The notes beneath the pieces were generated by a model. The model was given only the letters and a program-made list of their open reading frames with translations, was not told the origin of the DNA and did no database searches. 64,000 bases of DNA from a virus: positions 1 through 64,000 of the IMG/VR virus record IMGVR_UViG_3300025168_000047; one strand, given 5' to 3'. The translations under genes were made by a program, and so were the position numbers. Shown here in pieces: positions 18,716 through 31,100 of this stretch (position 1 is the stretch's first letter; every line of letters starts with the position of its first letter).

Positions 18716-20509
18716 ATGGTAAAAAAGTTTCCAACAATAAGTTACACTAGTAGAGATTTCAACAGCATAAGAAATGATCTCATCGAGTATGCAAAAAGGT
18801 ATTATCCAGATACCTTTAAAGACTTCAATGAGTCCAGCTTCGGCGCTTTGATGATCGACCAAGTAGCTTACATCGGAGACATAATGTCCTTTTACTTGGA
18901 CTATCAGGCTAATGAATCTTTTTTCACAACAGCAAACGAGTATGACAACGTTGTGAAACTCGCACGACAGGTTGGATATAAAATGTCAGCCCGAGGAGCG
19001 TCATCCGGCGTTGTAACTATGTTTGTGTTAGCACCCGCCAACTCAAACGGAATAGGCCCTGACACAAAGTATCTACCAGTTCTTCTGGCCGGCTCACAGT
19101 TTGCTTCAACATCCGGAGCAACATTCTCTTTAAATCGATCTGTAGATTTTTCAAATCCAGACAACGATGTTGTTGTAGCACAAGTTGACTCAGATAATAC
19201 ACCAACTTTTTATGCAGTTAAGGCAGAAGGAACAGTTACTTCCGGAGAGTTTGTACAAGAGGACGTGACAGTTGGTCAATTTGAAAAATTCCTTTCAACA
19301 GAATTAACAACAAAGAACATCACAGAAGTTGTATCGATAACAGACTCCGAAGGACACGCTTACTTTGAGGTCGACAACTTATCACAAAACACAATTTACA
19401 TCCCAGTTGCAAACCAGAACGATGATCGTTCTAGTGTAGCTTCTGTAATGGTACCTGTTATTGTTCCTCGCCGTTTCGTGGTTGAAAGAGAAAGAGACAG
19501 AACATTCTTACAGTTTGGATATGGATCAGACTCGGAGGTTACGACAGATTCAGTTGCTGACCCAACAGATGTATTAATGGACTTGCATGGCAGAACTCAT
19601 GTTTTAGAAAAATCTTTTGATCCAACAAAGCTCTTATCGACAGACAAATTTGGCATCGCCCCCGAAAACACAGTTTTAAGTGTGGTTACGCGAAGAAATA
19701 CCGCAACTACAGTTAATGCACCCACAAACACTTTAGTTTCATTAGTAAGTCCCAAGTTCCAATTCAGAAATAGGAACTTGTTAGATGAGGATAAAGTAGC
19801 CACAGTTATTGGAAGTCTCGAAATTACGAACGAAGCACCGATCATTGGCGATTCTTCTTTACCAGAGCCCGATGAACTGAAAGCAAGAGTCAAAGCTCAC
19901 TTCGCTTCTCAGAACCGCGCAGTTACTCAACAAGATTATCAAAGTTTGATCTATAATTTACCACCACAATTTGGTAAAATAAAGAGGTGCGCTATCTTTC
20001 AAGACCCTGACTCGTATAGAAGAAACCTTAATGTCTATGTTTTATCTGAGAATACAGACGGAACATTAACTCAAACTCCGGAAACAACAAAGGAGAATTT
20101 GAAAGCATGGCTGGCTAGATATAAGATGATTAACGATACTATAGATATTTTAGACGGCAGAGTGGTTAATTTAGGAGTCACTTTCGAAATTATAGCAGAC
20201 GAAACAGTCGGCAAGTACGAAGTTTTGCAAAGCTGCTATGCTGCATTAAGAAGTTTGGTGACAAACAGAGTATTAAACATGGGCGAATCTTTTTCGATAT
20301 CTAGAATATATAAGATATTAAACAGCGTCTCTGGCGTTATCGATACGGTCGACGTTAGTTTGGTTAACAAGACCGGCGGAGTATACTCAACAACACCATT
20401 TGATATCAATTCAAATTTATCTTCCGATGGCCGCATGTTATATATACCAGACGATCATATCTTAGAAATTAAAAGACCAAGCTCGGACATCCAAGGAGTT
20501 GTGAAATAG
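18716..20509 (+). CDS. gp6: Baseplate wedge protein, T4 gp6/baseplate-J-like
   Basis: YTSRDFNSIRNDL, DFNESSFG, YLDYQANESFFTTA, LQFG.G, SQNRAVTQQDY. Confidence 0.88.
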   Translation: MVKKFPTISYTSRDFNSIRNDLIEYAKRYYPDTFKDFNESSFGALMIDQVAYIGDIMSFYLDYQANESFFTTANEYDNVVKLARQVGYKMSARGASSGVVTMFVLAPANSNGIGPDTKYLPVLLAGSQFASTSGATFSLNRSVDFSNPDNDVVVAQVDSDNTPTFYAVKAEGTVTSGEFVQEDVTVGQFEKFLSTELTTKNITEVVSITDSEGHAYFEVDNLSQNTIYIPVANQNDDRSSVASVMVPVIVPRRFVVERERDRTFLQFGYGSDSEVTTDSVADPTDVLMDLHGRTHVLEKSFDPTKLLSTDKFGIAPENTVLSVVTRRNTATTVNAPTNTLVSLVSPKFQFRNRNLLDEDKVATVIGSLEITNEAPIIGDSSLPEPDELKARVKAHFASQNRAVTQQDYQSLIYNLPPQFGKIKRCAIFQDPDSYRRNLNVYVLSENTDGTLTQTPETTKENLKAWLARYKMINDTIDILDGRVVNLGVTFEIIADETVGKYEVLQSCYAALRSLVTNRVLNMGESFSISRIYKILNSVSGVIDTVDVSLVNKTGGVYSTTPFDINSNLSSDGRMLYIPDDHILEIKRPSSDIQGVVK

Positions 20510-22113
20510 TGGGAATCAAAAGATACATAGCTAATAAAGACAACACAATAACAAATGCTTTTAAGGCAGACCTTAGAACGAGAGGGACTGGTTCAAATAT
20601 GGGCGAGTCTGATATTTTAGAAGTATTTTCTATTTCTGCTCAAGAGCACTCAGCATCTTGTGAGTTGGCGAGAACTTTAGTTGAGTTTCCTGTTGATACA
20701 ATTATCACAGATAGAAACGCTGGCGACCTCCCGGCTTCCGGAAGCGTCAACTTTTATCTTAGAATGTATAACGCAAAACATTCTGTAACTTTACCAAAGA
20801 ACTTTACGCTCGTAGCTGCAGCAATATCTCAATCTTGGGAAGAAGGCACCGGCCTTGATATGGAAGAGTACTCTGACCTGACTTACGACGGGATTGGATC
20901 AAATTGGATCACGAGATCTAGCGGATCCTCTTGGGGGACTATCGGAGGAAAGTATCATGCAAGTCCTCAGTTTCAACAAACGTTCACTCGCGGCCACGAA
21001 GACTTGGAGATGGACATAACCCACTTAGTAGAACAATGGGTCACTGGAGAAAACTTTGGTGAAGGTGGTCCAAATAGAAAAATGAACAATGGTATAGGAG
21101 TTTACCTGACATCTAGTCAAGAGGCCGAGGCCAAGATTGGAGTCGCCAACGCAGTTCTACAAAACCTTACAGGTTCAAAGCAGTCATATTATACAAAGAA
21201 ATTTTTCGCACGAGGTTCTGAATTCTTTTTCAAAAGACCTTGTATCGAGGCACGTTGGGATTCAACAGTTAAAGACGAATCATCGAACTTTAAGTTCTGG
21301 AGCCCTCTAGCAACAAACGCCGATAATCTAAACACAATTTATTTTTATAATATCGTCAATGGTCAATTAAAAGATATTTCAACAGATTATCTCACAAATA
21401 ATAAGATCTTAGTTAGTCTTTATTCTGGCTCGCACGATGGAAGCCGCCCACAGGGCAGCCCCTTACTATTAACGTCATCATCTTATTCAGCTTTAGGGCA
21501 TACTCCTATTGCGGCTACAAACAACACTAATGCGACGGGAGGCTTAACTACAACTACTGGTATATATTCTTGTTCTTTGGCGATTACAGGGGCAAGTGTG
21601 TCCGGTACATTGACCAATATGTTCGCAGTTTGGCACAATATAGGATTTGGTGGCTCAACTGGTAGATATCAGTTCCACACATCCTCCGTTTTTGTATCCC
21701 CTCGTAAAGCTTCGGTGGTCAATGATCAGCCTAGTTATGTAACCGCTGTTACAAACTTGAGGCCATCCTATCATAAGAATGAGAGTGCAAGATTTAGATT
21801 CTATGTTCGCGAAAAGAATTGGAATCCAAACATCTTTGTGAAGGCCACATCAGAACCAGAAGCTTCTGTAATTGAAGATGCATACTTTAGAATTTCTAGA
21901 GTCGCAGACGACCACACAGTAATCGATTATGGCACAGGAAGTACAAACAATGAGTATTCTAGATTGTCATATGATGTTTCTGGAAATTATTTTGATTTAG
22001 ACATGAGCTTATTACAACCGGACTACGCTTATGGTATAAATCTTGTTTATTATATTAATGGTGCATATGTAGAACAAACTGAAAAGTTTAAATTCCGAGT
22101 TGAAGAGTCATGA
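20509..22113 (+). CDS. Virion structural protein with DNRLRE/CBM96-like N-terminal domain
   Basis: KDNTI...N.G...ILEV...RTLVEF...YLRMY...ISQSWEEG pattern; rich in S/T-G-S; overlaps the gp6 stop. Confidence 0.55.
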   Translation: MGIKRYIANKDNTITNAFKADLRTRGTGSNMGESDILEVFSISAQEHSASCELARTLVEFPVDTIITDRNAGDLPASGSVNFYLRMYNAKHSVTLPKNFTLVAAAISQSWEEGTGLDMEEYSDLTYDGIGSNWITRSSGSSWGTIGGKYHASPQFQQTFTRGHEDLEMDITHLVEQWVTGENFGEGGPNRKMNNGIGVYLTSSQEAEAKIGVANAVLQNLTGSKQSYYTKKFFARGSEFFFKRPCIEARWDSTVKDESSNFKFWSPLATNADNLNTIYFYNIVNGQLKDISTDYLTNNKILVSLYSGSHDGSRPQGSPLLLTSSSYSALGHTPIAATNNTNATGGLTTTTGIYSCSLAITGASVSGTLTNMFAVWHNIGFGGSTGRYQFHTSSVFVSPRKASVVNDQPSYVTAVTNLRPSYHKNESARFRFYVREKNWNPNIFVKATSEPEASVIEDAYFRISRVADDHTVIDYGTGSTNNEYSRLSYDVSGNYFDLDMSLLQPDYAYGINLVYYINGAYVEQTEKFKFRVEES

Positions 22114-25100
22114 GCGCGAAAGACGTATTTGAAAAGAAAAGTAAGAAAGTATTAAAATTAAGCAGCGTGGACACCCTAGGTGACCAAGCTGAGTCGAAAA
22201 GATATGTCGAAGCAAAGACGAAAGATAAGAACCGCTTTATACCTCAGATTGACTTTGAAGTCCCTGAGAATTTCGCTAAGTTTGGTTCTGCGGAAAAATA
22301 CTATATTGATTCTATCGAAAGGGTATATAAAACATACCCATATGATGGTTCTTTGTATGAAAAATCAGCATGGCTGAACTCTTCGTCGTATTTGGACGTT
22401 CATCTCTTTGAAAATAAGTACCCTAGAACAAATGGTTATGCTCTCTTCTCACCAGCCGGTTGGAGCACGTTTAACGGCTATAAATCGCAAAATATCCACA
22501 ATATTTCGTCATCTTATGGTATTCCGACCACAAATGAGTACATTTCGCTCCGTGGAGGGCCAAATAAGGACACAAATAACTCCGATAAAAAGGACATTTT
22601 CCCCTCTATAGAGTCGAATGTGACCGGTTCAAGAGGCGCAAATGTCTTTGATTTGTCTAAAAATAGAGAATCTAACTTAAAAATTGGAGGTATTGACGGT
22701 AACACAATCGAGTTTTGGCTTAAAAAAGACGCTTGGACATACAATGCGGTCGATGCAGGTTGCCAAAATGAGGTTATTTTTGACTTATACAACACAGACA
22801 CACCAACAAACATGCCATCTTCGAGTCATGCGAACGCTAGATTCAGAGTTGAGCTAGATGGAGCCCCTTCTGTTAACTCTCCAATTAGAATTACATACAT
22901 GTCTGGTACAAATGGTTGCTTTAGTGTCCCAATTGGTCACGGTTCTGGCTCTGTTTCGGGCTCAAGCTACGTTACAAAAGCCTCTATCGCTGATGGAAGC
23001 TGGCATCATTATGCAATTGTTATTGAAAACAGCGGAAGTTCTTTGCTCGGCGCACGAAAAACAGCAGCTTTAAGTGCAAATTCGACACCACTTGAGGCCC
23101 AAGAGAACTTTCAGGCACTAAGACTGAAGCTTTATATAGATGGTCAACATAATGATACAGTGTTTACTGGCTCATCTGTAGACTATTGTAGTGCCTCCTT
23201 GCATGCAAACATCGGTGCACTGGCCACAGCACCTTCTTCTTCTACTCAAACATACGATGGAGCCTCGATGCTTGGAGCAGGAAAGCTGTCTGCATCAGTT
23301 GATGAGTTTAGATTTTGGAAAAAAAGCAGAAATGCTAGGGAAATCGGCCTGAATTGGAATGGCCAAGTCGGCGGCGGTACAAATGTAGACGACGCAAACA
23401 CCGATTTAGGTGTCTATTATAAGTTTAATGAGGGTATCACTCAAACTTCCAGCGTCGATCAGAACGTTTTAGACTACTCAGGCCGCCTGACGAACGGATA
23501 TTGGGAAGGATATTCAACGAACTCGCGCTCAACAGAGTCCGCTATTGTACAAGCCGGCGCAGCAACTAAAGAATTTAAAGATCCAATCGTATATCACTTC
23601 CATCCGGATGTGCAAGATCTGAGAAATGATAAGCAATTAGAAGGTATTAACCATGATACTTCAAATTCAGGACTTATATTCAGTGCTCTTCCAGAGTGGA
23701 TTCAATCAGATGATTCAAAAAACAGCGGAGAGCTTAGAAACTTAACACAAATTATTGCAAGTTATTTTGATACTTTGGCACTTCAAATCAAAGAGCTTCC
23801 AAGATTAAAGGACGTGACTTATCCTAGTGCCAGTTACAAGCCACATCCTTTCGTAGAACATATGTTGGACTCAGCAGGCTTTACAACATCAGAGATGTTT
23901 GCCGATGCTGAGATCGTTGAGCACTTTCTAGCTAAAGATGAAGATGTCGTTTATGAAGACGACCTGCATAACATAAAAAATAGAATTTACCAAAACATCT
24001 ATAACAACTTAGATTACATTTATAAATCTAAAGGTACAGAAAAGGGATTCAGAAACCTGATTAGATGCTTTGGCGTTGATGACGAGATCCTAAAAGTCAA
24101 TATGTATGCAAACAATGCAGTTTATGCAATCGAAGAGAACACTTACGAGACAGTTGAAAAAACAAAATGTGTAGACTTCTTCCATTCGGCCAGTCATCAG
24201 GCTGTTGTATACCAGATGACAGGATCTGAAACAAATGAACAGGTTAGATCTTACATCTCTGGAACAATCAACGCTTTAGACACAGCAGCCACGGCAAATC
24301 AAGCCGGTATGGGCATGACTTACGAAGGTGAGATTGTCTTCCCAAAACCTCTTCCACCCGGAAGCAAAGCAGCAAATATTTTTTCAGAAGCCACTTCTTC
24401 ACTTTTTGGAATGCACACTCCTAAAATACAAGATGAAGGGGTTACAACAGACGAACAAACATTTCAGACCACATTTGCAGCAGCAGACACCGCGAACTTT
24501 CAAGTTCTGTTTGCTAAGGAAAGGGCCGCATCGCCACATGGCCGATTTATATTAACGTCTTCTGCCGGCACGCTACAATCTCTTGTTAACCCAGCCCTCA
24601 ATGGCCATGGCCTCACAAGTAGTATGTTCCATAATGTATATGAGGATAGGAGATGGAACTTCGCAGTTAGAATTCGCCCTCGTGCTTCAGGCTCTGCTGC
24701 CTTGGATGAAGTTGCATGGGGTAACGTTGTGTCAGGAGCTTATAACAACATACACGGAACGGAGACTCTGCCATATCAACTTGATTTCTACGGCGTGTCT
24801 ATGATATCAGGAAGAAAAGCTGATTCTTTCCATCTCTCTGCAAGTATTTCAAAAGCTGACGGAGACGCATTCCTTATGAATCCAAAAAGAATGTTTGTCG
24901 GCGCACATAGAACAAACTTTACAGGAGCCGTATTACAGTCTTCAGATGTTAAAGCTTCTTCTTTGAGAGTGTGGTTGGACCACCTTTCCAATGATGAGAT
25001 CGATGCACATGCTAGAGATGCTGGAAACTACGGTAGACTGCACCCATATCAGAATGCATATCTGTTTGAAAATAGTGGTTCAAGACCGATCCCACAGACT

Positions 25101-28100
25101 GTGACTCGAATTTTGAATTGGGACTTTAAGAATGTAACTGGCTCAGATTCAGCCGGATCTTTTTATGTACAGGATATATCTTCTGGCTCCGCAGCTAGCA
25201 ACCATATAGATCTTGATGAAGGAGATTACGGTTGGGCTAACAATTTGGTTAACACTCACCACCCCGGCGTTGGTTATGGATTCCCAACTAGCAATACTAA
25301 AGCTGTTGATGTGGTTTACATTAGTTCCGCAAGACAACAACTCCCTGAAGTTAACAATAGTAGTGATATGGTAAAAGTATTGGCTGAGGATGACAAGAGA
25401 TTTATGCAAGACTCTCGACCATCCGCGTTTTACTTTGCAATAGAAAAGAGTCCGTATCAATCAATCTCAAAAGAGATGTTGAAATTGTTTGCAACAATCA
25501 AAGACTTCAACAACCTTATTGGAGAACCAGTTAACAAATACAGACAGACTTATAAGAGAATGGAAAAGCTGAGAGCTTTATTCTTTAAGAAAGTTAGAAA
25601 TACAATCGACGTCGAAAGATATGTTCAGTTTTATCGATGGATCGATTCTTCAATTAGCGATATGATACTACAGATGTTCCCAGCATCGGCGACACACTCA
25701 AGAGAGGTTCGAACAATTATCGAAAGCCATGTTTTGGAAAGAAATAAGTATCAGCATAAGTATCCTCACGTTGGCCAGAAATACGGTACACAGGGTAATT
25801 CACTAGTTGAAGGTAGCATCGGGACTCAATATAACAATCTAAGCGCCCAGCTTAATAACTTATTGACTTCAGATGTCACAACATCCCCAATTGCACCGTT
25901 AAACGAAGACGGCACTTTTAATGAAGACGAAAACCAAGGTTATTGGGAAAATTATAATGACGGTTATACAAATTTAGATGAAGAAACAAATACAGCAAGA
26001 AAAGACTTATCTAGATCACTACAAAAAGGATATGGCAACGAACACAACTTCAGCGGCGATTTCGGTCGTGCCGGCTCAAGAGGTCTTGTTGTTCTAAATC
26101 AAGGAAGCAACTCGGATACACCAAGAGCCCAAGGTTTGATTACTGGTGGAGACGAGAACGCCGCCGAAGAAAATCATATTGAACTTGTTGCTGGTTCAAT
26201 AGGTATTTTGGAAGAAGCAGCAAAAAAAGTTAAAGAAGCCACTCCTTTAACAAAACTAAAGAAACATCCCGATGGAATATTAAAGGGAGCGACCGACAAG
26301 ACTAACCAAAGTGCTGGTAAAGGATACTTTGCTTCCATTGGTTCCGTATATGAAGATATCGATGGATTCAGGTTTACAAATATTCATCACGATGCTTGGA
26401 CAGTTAGTTCGAGACTAGAAGGGTCTCTGCAATCTCCGTTCACCGCGAAACACGTTGGAGGGCAAGTACATAGAAGAACCGCTCTTAATACAGGCTCCTA
26501 TGATAATTTGACCGAAGCTCGCTCCGGAGCAGTAACAGGTGACTTCCATGGAGCTTATGGACGTCCAGAAGCCTTCAGAATTTCATTGCCGGCTAGTGAG
26601 CTAGTTACCAAAGCTACCGCCACTGCAGTAGATGCAATTGACACAACTGGCTATATAGCCGGCAGCGCGGACGCTTCGTTTACAATAGCGATCCCAACGT
26701 CTGCTGGTGGCCTAGGTGGCGATGCTGTTACAATTTTACTTGATGAAGACAAAGACGACGTTACCACAGCAACGGCTGCAGCTAACACAATTACAATCGG
26801 GACTAAAGACGGTACCGATGCGTTAGTGGCATCATTTCTTATCAATGCTATTAATGGAGTAACCGCTGGTCGCTTTGTATATGCATCATCGGGGAATGGT
26901 CAAGCCGGCGACGACTTGGGTGTTACTGCGACACAAGGTTCAAGCGATACCCAAATTACGCTTACGATGGATACCATTGGCAGCCCGGGCAATGTTGTTG
27001 ATGCTCTAGCTACCGCCTCTGGTGTTAATGTAGTTGACGTGACGGATTTCACCGGTGGGGCCGGCGCAGATATTAAAATATATGCACCAGATCGAGGACT
27101 TGACGGCACAAAGGATCTTCAGCTTCAAAAGTCAACGTTCCACAGAGGCCCCAGACGCCCTGTATCGACCAGAAACATTCTTACTATGACAGGCTCGGAA
27201 GATGGCAAAACAGTCGAACAGAGACTGTATAACGCCTCTCCAGTCGGTAACTATCAAAAGAATTACCAAGTAATTCAATTGTCTGGCCGCAGAGACAACT
27301 CAACTTGGTTTGCACAAAATGCGCAAGCACAGAAGTTCGACAATCAGAATACAGAAGCTTCACTTCAATTCTCACCAGAGGTGCCGGTACTTCACATTTC
27401 GGGATCCACCGAATCCATGGAAGACTTATATAAGGTTGACTTTGAACTTCTTGAGAGAACTCCAAATAAATCTGTTTTTGTTGAGAGATTCTCTGCTCCC
27501 GGTGGTTTTGAGGTTATGTCCAGAGGATACCTTGATCGCCGAGGTGAAGAAGTTAGTGCATACAACTCACTTAACTATAGAAATCTTTTTGGAAGATATA
27601 GCTCAGGCTCTATGCGCGGAGATGATAACTCGCCTACTAACACTTTTTCGAATAGAACTCGCTTCTCAGGAACCGTTAGTATCGAGGGTGGCACAAAGCA
27701 TGACGGCTTATATGCACTGTTGTATCGACGTGCTGGTAAGTTTGGACAAGATTCGGTTTATGGCTCAATGCCAGACGATGGCACCCGCGCTGGTCTGTTG
27801 GGAACACCCGCAACAGCTTCTTATCACAAAACTCACGCTAACGTAGGAAGAAGAATTGGTTTTGTAACAACATCTTCATATCATACACACAGAGGTGCAG
27901 GAGCAAGAGCTAGCAACTTCCATACTTCAAGTCATTATGATAATTTCTTTGTGACTCACGCGATTCCAAGAAGCGATCTACAATATTCTTGGATTACGGC
28001 AAGTGCGGTTGTAGATCAAGCTGGTCTCAACGGCGCAGCCTCAACGAGAACTAGGGTCAAACAAGGATCTGATTTCTTGAGTCTCTCTCCTACTGTGGCC

Positions 28101-31100
28101 GGTTATGAAGGTAGATTATCTAGCTCTATTGGTTTTCAACCCCCGATTACATTCTTAAGTCAAAGCGAATTGTTCACCGCCCAGCCGGCGGGATTTAACC
28201 GTCGAATCTCTGCTTGGATCAATCCTAATGCAGGCGATCACGCATCCGGCGAAAACGTTCCGGAAGATATTCAAGCTCAACCTTTCATACCTTTAAACTA
28301 TGCCCTTTACGAACCAGTGACTGCTTCTGTTGCGAATGTTGATGTAACCTCTAGTCTTAATACTCTTGGGTTTGTAAGGCAATATAATCCAGAACAGTGG
28401 GTAACAACAGCAATAACCGATTACCGCCATCCGCTTAAATCTGCAACTGCTGGACAAGCAATAGAAGGGGGCACAAATTATCTGAATCAAAATATTATAT
28501 TCGCTGCTTTAGGTAGTTTCGCCACTGGAGACGTAAGTCAGAAAGCAAATGCCATGACACTGAATCCTCTCCTGCTCCGCCGCAACGGCCCATACCAACA
28601 TCCAACTTGGAAACAGATTAGAACAGGTGAACATCCCGTTGCAAGGCAGCTTAGAAGAGACAATCAGTTATCTATTCTTCACCAAATTCCAGTTCAAAGA
28701 GAAAGTGACCTACATCAATCAGATGCATCTTCTACGTCGAGAGTTGTCTCAAATTATAGAAATCCATTTGCGATTATGCGAACTTCGCCCTCTCACCCAC
28801 CCGGAACCAAATTCGATGTCTCTGCTCCGATTGGACCAATAACTTTAGGTATTGGAGGTCTTTCGGCTGAAAAACAATCCGAGCGAGAATATGCAACACA
28901 GCTTTATAAGAATGAGATCAGAAATTATCTTATGTCTCCGTTGACATCCAAGTATTCTCCTATTATACAAACTGTTGCGGATGATGAAGGAAATGAGATT
29001 ACCCTTAAACACGCTTATGGAAACAACATTGAATATATGCCTCTCGACAAACTAGACGCTATATTGAATACAAAAGAGAACACACCACAACAATTGCACG
29101 ACACTTTAGTAGATCAGATTGTGGATGACAATTCATTAGAATTTAAAGAACTTGTTTACAAAGAAACTGTCTTCCCTAGAGAGCAGAATCAATACTTGGC
29201 ACGAACAAGAGGTCGTGTTGATTATAGTCTGACAAGGCACGATTTGAGAAACACTCGTCATGGGCAACAAAGAACATTTTGGCGTAATTCCATGGAAGAC
29301 CGAATTTTAACAAGAGTGGAGCAACCTCTTACCGGCTCCGGACATAACACGTCTGGTTCTGGAGACTTCTGCCTTAATTCAATGGGATTCCAACAATTTC
29401 ACAATGTTGGTACAGCTAGCGCAGAAACTATTGAATCCCTTAATATTGAAGCAGTATATAGCTCTGCGTGGTTTAACATTGTTCCAGCGAATAGCGTATG
29501 GCCCCTAGACGGATATCAAGTATCAGGTTCGAGGCACATCAGCAAAAGAATCAGAAACTTTAATGCTAATGGCTTCCCGTCGCAGACTCACCCAACTGGT
29601 TCGATGGTTAATGGAGAACTTATGAATCCGACAGGCTATACATCGATGATGGCTTCTCTTGCGGGCTTTAATCCGATTGGTAAAGGGACCATTCGACAAG
29701 GTGAAAGGACCGGCGCATCCGTGGAGATCCCACATTGGTACGCCCCTTGCACAGCATCACAAATTTTTGTATATCCTCAAAATTGCCCAATATTTGGATA
29801 TGGGGCACGCACGCAACCTGCCGGCATGCAACCAGAAAACGGCGGTTCAGAAACTATTGTATTAAACCGTCATGGTCACTATTTTTATACACATGACTTC
29901 TGGAAGACAGCTAGACTTTCCGGAAAGAACCCTTGGTTTGATTCTTATTCCGACTACGCAGAAGATATTAGACCTATGGCACAAGGTTACTCAGTTGTTC
30001 CAGAATTTAGAATTTCAGAGCATATGGACCATTATGTTTCAAATAAATTCTCATTCAACAACAGATTCTTAACTCTTGAAGGGGCATCGATTGAATCAGG
30101 TAGTGCAGACACTCCAACAGATGCATACAATCAAGATTTCTTTGAAGTTTATTCACATTCAGACTTTATGAAACACTTTGGTCAAATCAGAGATGATTAC
30201 AAAGATGTAGCTGACCCAACCGAAATGACACTTCGTTGCAGCGGAATCAAAAAACTTCTTCCATATCAGGGATTCTATCCTGTTTTAAGATGTACTCAAT
30301 TAGGAACATTGTTTTCTTCTTCTTACGCTCCGTTTATCAGCGGATCAAATACAAGCCATGTGACAGCATCGGTACAAACAGATGCTTATAAAGCCGTCGC
30401 CGGCAACCCAAATATCTGGAGCACTTTACAATCAGCTTCCGCTCCAGTTAAGAGTGATGCAGCGATTAGAACAATGGCTCTGTTACAGCCATTCTATGCA
30501 CCCGGAATCATGTACAACACAATCAAAGCCGGCTGCGCAGTTGATTATCCGATTGTAACGGGCTCGCTTCCTAGCACAACGACCTTGAGCGCTTATGATT
30601 TTAAAAATTTCTTATCCGGAGGAACAGTTAGTAATAGCAAAAAGAATCCAGAGTTATTTAACTTTAGAATGCCGTTTGAAGCGATCATTGAACCGCACAC
30701 CTATATTCCCGTTTCCTCTTCGATTGCAGATGGCGACACAAATTTAGGAAAAAACAGAATATCTTTTATTAATATGTTCTCCGCTTCCAACGAGACTCAC
30801 AATCTTTACTTCGATTGGAAAGGGGATTATGATAATAAATATTCAATGGCTGCAAATAACTTCTTTGGAGAGATTCCAAGATTCTTCCTAAAAGAAGGAA
30901 ATTTAAGAACCTTTACATCAAAACCAGAAAATCAATTTAAACCAATGAAGTCGGGTTCAGTTTACTACATGGATGTCGATATGTATATGACTCCAGATAT
31001 GGTACAGAGTGAAGGCCCCTCGCACATCCAACAAATGCCCGGATCACCCGCTTTAACTGCTACAAAGATGAACTTCTTCTCAGCTTCCGCTGGTTATAAT

